DNA of 63,739 nt, filler included, from Reticulomyxa filosa (Eukaryota > Protista > Foraminifera), in assembly GCA_000512085.1 (NCBI GenBank). It is 17 parts of 17 records of this genome, joined end to end, with 100 filler letters (N's around TTAATTAATTAA, not from the genome) between each part and the next. Parts side by side here need not be neighbours in the genome. Positions count along the whole stretch, not along the records: positions 1 to 2,626 come from ASPP01002407.1; positions 2,727 to 6,263 come from ASPP01003673.1; positions 6,364 to 15,472 come from ASPP01009176.1; 14 more parts are not named here. One strand, 5' to 3'. Below, one piece after another: positions 1 to 10,486 of this stretch (positions are counted from its first letter, which is position 1; the number at the start of each line of letters is the position of its first letter). A program made the position numbers and the translations under genes. Below the pieces are notes generated by a model. The model saw only the letters and a list, made by a program, of their open reading frames with translations, was not told the origin of the DNA and did not search any database.

Positions 1-906
1 ATATCCCATATTCGGATGGTATTATCTAATGATCCAGAACAAATTGTATACCCACTTCCACCAATCACACCAATATGATTGCTTTTATTATCATTTTTGT
101 TGTTATTGCTTTGTAATGGTGAAATATCCAAGCAACGAACAATATTTTCATGTCCACGGAAAACATACAATGATTTGGATGTTTCAACATCCCATAAACG
201 AATTGTATTGTCACCAGATCCAGAACACAAATATCTACCACCATTAAATGATGAAAATTCAATACCACTAATCCATTCGGTGTGTCCATTGAACATTTGC
301 AATTGCTGCTTAGATTTGATATCCCAAAAACGAATGGTTTTATCAATTGATGAAGAACAAATAACATTACAATTATAAATATGATAATATGACGAAAATT
401 TCACACAAGTCACACACATTGAATGTCCATTAAATGATTGAATTTGCTTGTTTGTTTCCATATCCCATACACAAATTGTATTATCTTCTGATCCAGAACA
501 AAGTAATTGACTATTGTCGAGTGTTAAATAATCAATGCTCCACACAGCCCTACTTTGTGCAGGAAATATTTTAAGTAATTTGGATGATGAACGAAATGTT
601 TCAAACATGAAACGAGTAGTTATCTATGTTGAATATGATAATAAACAATCACATTAAATACATATTTTCAATTGAAAAAAAAAAACATAACATAATTGAC
701 AATAAGTTTTTCAAATTCATTGATCCACCCTAATTTGGTTGTTGATTTTTGAACCCAATATCGAACAATTAATTGGATCTTTTCTTCTTCCAGCTAATTA
801 ATCACAAATCATGTACAAATATACAAAATCAATTTTAAAAGATTAAACTAAAGCTTACCGATTCTGATTGTGTTAAAGTTTGTTTCTTACTACTATGAGT
901 TGTCAT
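1..906 (-). CDS. WD40-repeat protein (3' end runs off the window); exons 906-859, 793-692, 623-1
   Basis: Spliced translation: MTTHSSKKQTLTQSES|LEEEKIQLIVRYWVQKSTTKLGWINEFEKLIVNY|ITTRFMFETFRSSSKLL..., followed by repeats such as LCSGSEDNTICVWD, CSSSIDKTIRFWD, LCSGSGDNTIRLWD and CSGSLDNTIRIWD. Introns are GT-AG. It is missing from the ORF track because there is no stop in the window. Confidence 0.93.
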
Positions 907-2257
907 TCTTTCCAACTTTTTTGTTGTCTTGGATGATGTTAACTGAAAAATGATTGAACTTTTGCGTCTCTTCTTTTTTTTCGTCAAAAAATTAAACGAT
1001 AATTATTAAGTTCACACTGAACGAGGAAATTATTCTTACATTGAAGTGATTGACTCATTGTAATTCATTAACAATACTAGTGTGTTTGATTTAAGCACAT
1101 TTTAATTTATTAAACATGATATTTTTCTCAACTGATAGTCAATTAAACATGATGTTAACAATACTTTTCAATTTCATCAACTAACCTATTTTTAATTGTT
1201 TTGTTACGCATATGTATTTGTCAATAATGTTGTCTCAAGGTCAGTGCGAATGAATAAGCAGAAATCAGTTCAAAATTTGAATAATTTCCAACTAATGCTT
1301 TAAACCAAAGTAAATGAAATTTAAAGTTTTATCTGTCTGTGATAACAAGCAATGAAGATATAGTCTATAATAAGAGCAAATAATGAAGAAAAGAAAACAG
1401 GTTAATTGTGATTTAGTGTGATTGTACGATTATTACTTGAATAGAATGAGGTTAATAATAAGTTACAACTTTATTTTGCCTGCTACAAATCTATTACTTC
1501 CTTCTTTATATGTGTTTTTGTTATTGAAATTTAAAAGATAAGCGTGTGTACATTTTTTTGTTTGATAAACGATATCGTGCGATAAAAAAAATCACATATG
1601 CAACAAGTATCTAAAATATTGATTTTAATTATTAAGATTCTCTTGAAGTTTTTTCATTAGTAAATCGTATAAGAAAAGTAAATGTACGTTGATTGGCAAC
1701 GTAACCACATGAAGTTACATAGAGAAAAAGTTTTATCCAAAAGAATGTATGCAAAGAGAACTAATTCGTAACACAGAGAAACATCGATTTAAAAGAGAAG
1801 ACCAATGAACCAAGGGAACGGGGGAACGTCAACAGCACCATACTCAAATCGGAACCAAAAATACTGTTGCGTCCTAACTGACAGCTTGGCACAAAAAAAA
1901 ATAGTATTTTAACCGCATGTATATGAGTGGTTTTTCAAAAATTGCAATGGGTATTTTAATTGAATGATTTTTGTTCATCCAAAAAAAAAAGGGACTCGGC
2001 TCGTGTTGCGTAGTTTTTTTTCAACTTTTTTTCAAAGAATGACGAGTAAATTGGAGTTAAAGAATCACTCTAAGTTTTTGACCAACTTGAAAATGTTGAA
2101 ATGAGTGCACTGTAAATCTATTTTGCATTGAAGCAATTGGACCGAATATGCTATCTCTTTCTCATCAGTTTGACTTTTGTGCAACAGTAACAAACAAAAG
2201 TTTAGACACTCAAAATTGCAATATCCAGTGCATAATCTTCACTCTGTTCTTCTGGCT

Positions 2258-2626
2258 CTACCCTAAGTGTCCATAGTTGGGCTCAACAGGAACTCGACAG
2301 CAATATCTGCGACAACATCGAAAGAAAACAACGAAAATAGGAACGACAACAACGCACATGACAACAATGACTACAGTTTGTTCGAGTTGCGATTGAACGA
2401 AAGGTAAGAACATTTTTCCGTGAGTCGGTGTTGGTGTCGGACGCATTGTGGGGATTTGTGGCGACGATGGAACAGGTGCATGGGTTGGAATCCAGCTGGA
2501 TGTTGGAACAGGTCCTCGTGTCGGAGGTCGAGTGGGTGCTCCGGTAGGAGTCGACGTCGGAGCTTTAGTGGGTGCTCCGGTAGGCGTCGACGTCGGAGTT
2601 TCAGTGGGGCCTTTTCCACGGAAAAA
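2258..2626 (-). CDS. C-terminal part of a Pro/Thr-rich (mucin-like stalk) single-pass membrane protein
   Basis: Open frame GPTETPTSTPTGAPTKAPTSTPTGAPTRPPT...MRPTPTPT, then a hydrophobic VVIVVMCVVVVPIFVVFF segment and a basic/Cys-rich RCCRRYCCR juxtamembrane tail. The 5' end is cut by the contig end. Confidence 0.7.
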   Translation of the reverse strand, partial: FFRGKGPTETPTSTPTGAPTKAPTSTPTGAPTRPPTRGPVPTSSWIPTHAPVPSSPQIPTMRPTPTPTHGKMFLPFVQSQLEQTVVIVVMCVVVVPIFVVFFRCCRRYCCRVPVEPNYGHLG

Positions 2627-2726
2627 NNNNNNNNNNNNNNNNNNNNNNNNNNNNNNNNNNNNNNNNNNNNTTAATTAATTAANNNNNNNNNNNNNNNNNN
2701 NNNNNNNNNNNNNNNNNNNNNNNNNN
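2627..2726. other. Artificial contig linker N44-TTAATTAATTAA-N44 (first of 16)
   Basis: The same 100-bp spacer, with stops in all six frames, occurs at 2627, 6264, 15473, 18888, 24631, 27691, 29786, 31102, 51170, 52989, 54281, 56774, 57997, 59401, 60820 and 62097. Adjacency across a linker has no biological meaning. Confidence 0.99.
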
Positions 2727-4900
2727 AATTTATTTGATTAATTGGAGATTGTACTCCTAATATTGTAGACAAATTGATATTGTTCACCGACCCAAACTCT
2801 TCATATTCTTTCACATTGGCAATATTCTCTGTTGTTGATCTGATCCATCATGAAAGAGTCACTCCATTAATTTTCTGAATATCATTTGCATATCGACGTT
2901 TTTGTAACGTTTTCTCCAAGACAGCAGTATTTGCACATGCTTTCTTCTTCATTTGCAGTTCCACCACTTTCACTGCCTGTCGATTTAACATATTCTGATT
3001 GCTGCAAAAACAAACAGTAAATGAATTCAAATTATTTAAAAAAAAAGATAAAAATAATAAATAAATTTTAACTGAGTCTTCTTTCAATGTGTTCGAATAA
3101 AGGAAATCATTTCCTACTTGACAATGACAACAATTTTTTTTTTTTACATTGAAAAAAATAATTCAAATTGCAATAATATTTTCCATCAAATCAACACGAA
3201 AAGTCATAATAATTGCATTTTGAAATATTTCCATGTATCTTTGGTGTCGATGTTGGAGGATCACATACAGCATAAGCATAAATATATGTAAAAGGTGACG
3301 ACTGACATTGATGAATTGGAGTACGTTGAATGAAAGCATTGTGTGATAATCCAAATGTCGCTGTGTGATTGCAAGCACATAACAATTAATTATCACTTAT
3401 TTCATTTTATAGACATCATCCATAACCACTCATAGTTTTGATAACACGAATAGCAACACTTTTAAGGGATTATTGTCGGTTCTCTTTCATTTACACTTTC
3501 TCCATGCTTTTTTTGATGTATTCATATCTCTTGCACTCTTCATTGCCAATTTCATATCTTTTTGAGATAATCCAATAATATTATTGGTTCTTTCTTTTCT
3601 TTTTTCATTCCCTTAATTTACTCTTCTTCTTGCCTTTCTTCATTTCTCTTTCTTTTGTCACAAATCTAAGGCAAATCATTCTACAATGTAATGATCCATG
3701 CTCACGTTGTTTTGATTAAAACACATCACAAAAGCTGAAAATATGATAAAAGTAGCTCATACCTTCAAATAAAGCTGTCTTCTTTCGCGTTTGATTGATC
3801 TTGTCATTTTGAATGCCTTTTTCTCCACTGTTCTGACGTTGGTAATATGCGCTCTGTGTCTTGAACTCGAGTAATGGCAGTATTGCATGCCACGAGAGAA
3901 TTTTCCACAGAATACTTCAATTTGCGTTGTATTGTGGTAGATCAAGAAAGCATCAATAGCAATACAATTTTTCATTCCACTAATTGATTGTATTCACATT
4001 GTTATTTTTGATGATAACATCCATGCTTTCACTTGAAATATTTTGTTTCTTCAGTTTGTATTCACATTAATAACGCATCAATTGGAGATTATCGAAGAAA
4101 GACGAACGTATTCATTCCAACAAATACTTGTTCCAAATTTACTTCGATTGATTGATATTTTTCTTTTGTGGGACTTGGTCTTGTACTGTCCCAAAAGCAT
4201 TAAATCTATGTCACACTTAAATTTTCACAAGTCTATCGATTTTCAAAATAGATAAACTAAACTCCTTGAATATATGTTGAACACTCGATAGATTTGAAAA
4301 TGATCTCATATATGCTCTCAACGATATTGCAATGTAATAGAGTTTTAATCTGCATTAACAATGGTCTGGAAGCGCAGCTCGTTCACATTTGAATCCTTAT
4401 TCGACGAACGAATCTCCAAATTAATTCTTGTGTCAATTGAGTGAATAGTGCGACCCGTATTTTTTCTTTGTCGATGCCGGTTCCAGGAAAATCTTTTATA
4501 TTTAGCAACTGGATTGAATTTATATAATTAAAAAAAATTACTGCATTGTTGCTATTGTTCCATTTGCGTTATTCACTTCTTACCAACGCCACAATTCAAT
4601 ATCTTCACCACAGCGACCTACATAAATAAAAATAAGTCTCGAACTGATAGTCGATTGCTTTGTTCAAGTTCTTTACAAAAAGAATTTGGCAAAATGTTGT
4701 TTACTCTTTGATTTGTTTCTCCGCTCTCGATATTATTTATCCTTCTGCCTTCATTGGAACTTCCATTGACATTACTTTGGCAATCATTTCTCATCGTTAT
4801 TGCTGTTCTTAATTTAGATTCAATCTTCTTCACTTTGAACATCGCCACATAATATTTTAATTATATAAACGACTGCCTTCTGCTTGCTGACCATGTGTAA
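2727..4900 (-). pseudogene. Decayed GPS(GAIN)-motif membrane-protein gene (adhesion-GPCR/polycystin-like)
   Basis: CACNHTATFG (~3380-3350) resembles the GPS cleavage motif CxCxHLTxF. The region has many stops and frameshifts and is collinear with 28700-29785. The upstream boundary is approximate. Confidence 0.45.
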
Positions 4901-4989
4901 TGTCCTGTCTTATATGTTATACGTATTTTCAAATCAATTTTTTTGAACAAACAAAAAAAAATTTACTTAACAAATGTCGCTATCCCGCA

Positions 4990-5400
4990 CGGGATCATCA
5001 ATTTTTCAATAAAAATAAAAAAATTTAATTTAATTTTTCTTCCTTTTTTTTTTTCTTTATTATTTTCTTTTTTATTATTAAAACAGTTGTTTTTTTTTCT
5101 TTTATTATTATTTTCTTTTCCATTATTTTTTCATTATAGAAAACATTTTTTTCTTAATACTTTTTCTTTTTCTTTTTTTTACTTTTTCCTTCTTTTTTTA
5201 ATATCTTTTTTTTATTATTCTTCCTTTTTTTTATTACTACATTTTTTTTTCTTTTCCATCTTTTTTTCTTTTTGTTACTGCATTTCTTTTTTTTTTCAAA
5301 TCCCCCCACCTCCATCTTATTCTCAATTTTCTCCTCCCCCCTCTTATTTTCATTTTCTTCTTCCTATTCTTAATTTTTCCTACTTTCCAAATTTTTTTCA
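4990..5400. repeat. Low-complexity T/C-rich tract
   Basis: Runs of T interspersed with C and A; the F/L-rich ORF 4943-5458 simply reflects this composition. Confidence 0.8.
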
Positions 5401-5597
5401 AGATATTACATACACACTGTTAAGCCAGATCTATATAAACAAACAAAGTGTATTTTAAAAAAGACTAAAAAGAATATATTTATAACTGTTATTTATTCAC
5501 GATATCCATTCATTTGCTCTTTCCCCTGTAAGACACTCACAATCTTTTTTTTTTGTTATGTGGACAAATATATATTTATGTATAAATGTTTTTTCTT

Positions 5598-5915
5598 TGC
5601 AAGGGGGAATCTATTGAATCACAAACACAAGATTATACAGCAAAAGAATATCTATGTATATATAAATGAACATGAATATCACAAACCATTATTCCTCATT
5701 GAGGATACGGGGTAGATTGCGACCCTTATTCTTTTTTTTCTTTTGTGTGGAGGTAGGAAAACATATTTGTAACGATCTTTGCATATGGGGGAACCTATAT
5801 CACACAATACAAAACATAACATTTACACATGTTTAAAAAAAGGATAGATAGAACAAACCTGTATTTCTCCTTTCGGAGACGGGGTGGTTTCTACCCCTTA
5901 TTCTTTTTTCTTTTC
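5598..5915. repeat. Diverged ~180-bp tandem duplication; each unit carries two short hairpins
   Basis: Both units start TTGCA..GGGGGAA.CTAT and end ACCC(C)TTATTCTTTTTT. Hairpins are at 5693-5705 and 5710-5725, and at 5866-5879 and 5881-5897. Confidence 0.6.
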
Positions 5916-6377
5916 ATTCACTTTATACAATCACTTGTAATCGCTGCTCCATATTTTTGCAGTCTATACAAATGACAATCAAGACAAATTTGTATGCTAT
6001 AATCACAACAAAAATAAATAAATAAAATAACTTGAATGGCGACACATGTCGAGCATTGATTTGGATATCGCGATGAGTTTATTTGGGGCTTATCAACAAA
6101 GTCCCCCATAAAGACTTACGCTATTGCCAATTAAATAGGAGCAGGATCAGTTTGTGGACAATCAAATGGTCATCGCGAGATATGTGATCAATTGATTGCG
6201 ACTTGGAGTGGTAGCATATGTGCTATTGGATAGACCAAGCCTTGGTGATAGTAGCTATGCTGTNNNNNNNNNNNNNNNNNNNNNNNNNNNNNNNNNNNNN
6301 NNNNNNNTTAATTAATTAANNNNNNNNNNNNNNNNNNNNNNNNNNNNNNNNNNNNNNNNNNNNATATATATATATAG

Positions 6378-6840
6378 ACTGGATCCTTCAGACGAAAAAG
6401 AAAAAGACTCGTGGGAACCTGGGACCGGAATAATGATAATTGACTTAGGAGGTGGTACAGCGGACATTGTGAGCTATGAGGTGCTGAAAGAATTTCAAGT
6501 GAAAGAGCTAGTGTATCCGTCCGGAGGGCCTTGGGGAAGTAGTGTGATTGACGAGGAGTTTGAATCCATTTTGAAGAATCTGTTTGGGAGCGAAGTGATG
6601 ACCGAGTTCCAAAAGTCATATCCTGCACACTACGTGGAGTTGTTCAAAGAGTTTGAAAAAAGCAAAACCACTTTTTTCAAGCAAAAGACATTGACCGGAA
6701 AGACCATCGAACAATTGCGAAGACAAAATCATAATGTCACCCTTCCGACCGAGTTTATTGACTTTTTAGATGAAAAGTTTGGAGATGAACTTCCAGACAA
6801 AGTGGAGGCTTTTGAACTCCTTGGAACTCAAAGGTTTACC

Positions 6841-6874
<34 letters not shown>

Positions 6875-7771
6875 TTTTTTAAAAAAAAAAAAAACTTTAT
6901 TTTGAATATGCATACGCCTAGATTGTGCCAGATATGTAATAATACACTCTCTGTATCCTTCCAACTGTGGTTCCACTTGTTCGACATGGTCATCGACAAG
7001 ATCATTGGCCACATTAACCAACTCTTGAAAACTCATACGAAAATATTGGCTGGCAAGTTGAAGTACATGTATTTGGTTGGAGGGTTTTCCACTTCGATGT
7101 ATGTGCAACGTCGCATTCGTGAGGCCTTTGGCGAAACCTATCAAGTGCGTATTCCAATCGCTCCAATGCTCTCTGTAGTCACTGGCGCGGCTTTCCTTGG
7201 ACGTCCTGAAATCACAGCGAGTGATGTCCCACGTCCATCCACTTTTGTTACTCAACGTGTGATGGCTCGCACTTATGGAGTCTCGTGCGCAAGGGAATTG
7301 AGATATGTAGAAAATGACTCCAGATTCAGCAAAGAGCATCTCCAACACTATCAACAGACAGATGGCAAAAAGACTTGGATTACACAGTGTTTTGATGAGT
7401 TTATTAAAAAGGGTGAAACGATTGATGTTCATCAAGTTAACTTTTTATATTAAATCAACTTTTAGGATCCATCAGAGTAATTTATAAAATATATTACAAA
7501 TTTAAAAAAAAAAAAAAAGGAAATCACAAAATCGTATCTTGCGACAACGAGGATAGTGATGACGACAGTGTTCGTCAGCAATGATATAAATCCTGCGACT
7601 GTGACGGATTGTACAAAGCTAGGAACAATTGTCACTCAATTGCCAGATAGTGTCAAATTAGGGGAGGATTATATCACAACCAAGTTCTACTTTGGATATA
7701 CAACTATTCGTGTGTGTGATCTTGTTAATGATGTAGTTTTACAACAAACAGAAATTCAATACAATGTATGA
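6378..7771 (+). CDS. HSPA12: HSPA12-type atypical Hsp70 (5' partial); exons 6378-6833, 6922-7435, 7520-7771
   Basis: Motifs IIDLGGGTADI, ELVYPSGGPWGSSVIDEEF, MYLVGGFSTS, SVVTGAA, RVMARTYGV, FIKKGE and FYFGYT match the HSPA12 subfamily. Splice phases are consistent. Confidence 0.88.
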
Positions 7772-10486
7772 TGTTGTATTCATATTTTTATACTTTTTTT
7801 TGTATACCCTGTTCAGGCTCAGTTCTTAGCCTTTCTTCCAATATAGTATCGTTGCAATAGAAATGTTTATTCAAAAATTATATTCGTTTTTCATATAGTT
7901 ATTCCTTTCTTGTTTGTTATTAGTATTTCAAACAATCGATCATTACATATTTAGCAGTTTTCCTATTTTCGTAATAACTGTAACAAATCATCCAGATATA
8001 TGAATGCTGCGTAAGCAGTCATTTATGTGATTTTGATGTGATAATCTGACAAATAAAATCACACTTCACATCTTTATCTCCTAAATCAATGCAAGAGACA
8101 AAAACAGTAATAAATAGCTATGATAACAAATCAAAGAAAGTAAATCAATTGAACCGCATTCTCATTTTTGTCACTTAACAATAAACAGTCCAAAAATATT
8201 ACTTACAAAACATGTTCTTTATACTTTCATCTATTTTTTAATTGATTTAATAATAAGTTTTTTAAAAAAAGAAGTGTAATGCATATAAAATAAAAAGGGT
8301 ATATTATTCTTTTTATTAGAAGGTCAAGTTATGCTAAATATAAAAAAAAAGAAAAATATGTATGAATGTAAAATCTCCTTGATACTGGCAAATATTTTTT
8401 CTACAATATATGCTTTATGCTAGATTTTGAAATGTAATTATATGTACCGGTACTTCGAAAATCATCACATGCATCACACTTTTTAAAACATTTTTGATTT
8501 TTTTTCAAGTTTATTACTGATCAATTGTTCAATTCGTCTTAGAAAAAACTAATTTTGGGTTTCACAATAAGAATTTAGTATGCTAGAATAATAACAATTA
8601 GATTTTTGTTAAAGTTGTCTTTTTATTGGAAAATAGTTTTATACATTTTGTGTGTTCCAAATCAGATTGGATGATGCTTTTAATTTTTATGAAATAATCC
8701 ACTAAAAAGATATGAAATTTATTAGATTTTTTGATGTATTCATATTCGTTATCACAATTTTCTTTTTGGATATTACCACAACTGCTGTTATTTTTTTTCC
8801 ATACAAGATGAAATTTTTCTGTCAAGCCTTTTTCACAAATGTAATAATATCAATATGTGCTGTTTTGGAGTTAGTGCAATGTCCCATTCAAAAACGTTTC
8901 GATACTGTTTTTTAAGTTAGTGCACGAGTCCAAAAAATGAAGAAAATTTTTAGAGACCTATTCGTCAATTATTGTCCTGTGCATAAAAAAAGGATTTTTG
9001 TCAATTTTCTAAAAATTGCTTCTAATTAGATTTACGTACAACATCTTTTCCGTATAATCGCGTCTTCCCACCAAAAAAGTGTCACAACGAAGCATACGTC
9101 TTTACCAAAGTACTTTTGGATTTCAAAAAAAAAAATTGTACATTTTTGGATGTGTCATCATAAAAACAATTCAAAAATTGTTTTTGATGTTTTGTCTTCA
9201 AAAAGGTTTTTTGCCAATGTTTTAACGAAGAAATCGATTATTATTTTCGGCCAAATAATTTCGCAAAATAATATTTTTTTAAAAATTATTTTAAATTTTT
9301 TACCGCATGAGACTATGATTTCAGAAACTGGAGCAAATAATGATTTTAATAAAGAAGAATCTCGATACAAAATGTGGAACAATATTTGAAAACATTTTTA
9401 AGCAATGAAGAGTCGTCAACAGCTGGATTATTGGTCAAATACTTCATTCGATGTACAGTTTAGTAGTCCCTACAAAAACAAAAAAATAATGTAACACAAA
9501 AAAAACAAAAACGAATAAAAAAAAGGACGTAAGTGTTGTGCAAATAGTGGAAAAATCAGCTATGTAAGCAAATGAAAGGAAAAGCATAAGAACACGTGAA
9601 CACATACGAGCGAAAAGAAATAATGCTGAAAGTTTACTAACATCTAGTAGTTAAAAAAGTTATTTAAAGCATGTAAGAAGAGAATAGCATTGAATGGACA
9701 TTACTGAAAAATATGATCAGCAACTACACATAGCAACATGCTTTTATGCTCAAAAGAAACAAAGAATCTATCTTTGCAATTGATTTTGTTCTACGTCTAT
9801 TATAACAGGAACAGAAGCAAGACCATTCCAAAATAACATCAAACGTTGAATGAGAGGTATCACTTGCAACAACAAATCAAAGCGATCACGTGAAAGGAGT
9901 TGCTACAATCCGGCAGCTATATACTCTCAGTCAAATTTAAAAGGAAATTCCATACCACAAAGAAATTTTGGAAAATTATTTGAGTCACGACAATTTTTGA
10001 TTATTTCTGCGTCGTCTGTAACAGTAGCTAGTAAACGGGTCTTGTTATACTTTTTACGTGTACATTGTATGCAATGCAGGGCTAGCGCGAGACGTTGAGA
10101 GTTTCAAATGGTGCAAATAAGTGTTTAAACCAATTGTATGTTCTATGAGCCATCAAGAGATATTATTTGAAAAACGTTGGCACTGTAATTGTGTTTTTGT
10201 TGCATGAAAAGTACTTGACTTTCATGATGATCATAAATACTTTTCAAACATATATTGTCTTAATCGCAACCAGTTGTCATCTTTTTCGAACATTTAACAC
10301 TTCGTCAGCAAGCGATTGAGATCAGATTTTAATTTATTTGTATTTCTTTCAAAGAATAAAGCAATATTAAAATTGCAAATTTTTAAAATGTCAAATCAGG
10401 AAAGGTAATTTAACACAACCAAACTTCTTGGAGAAAAAATTGTTTAAAACCTTTTTTTTTGGAACACTCCTTGCAAGAGGTGAAAG

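Noticed and set aside
4943-5458. 171-aa Phe/Leu-rich membrane-protein ORF
   Set aside because: Low-complexity T-rich sequence with no evidence of coding.
6308-7435. Antisense ORFs overlapping HSPA12 (and similar shadow ORFs over tubulin, fumarase, NAR1 and the bacterial genes)
   Set aside because: Shadow frames of real genes on the opposite strand or frame, with no motifs.
8440-9480. Possible non-autonomous DNA element (GTACCGGTAC palindrome, TA-CAGT at ~9455)
   Set aside because: No matching pair of terminal inverted repeats could be found by eye.
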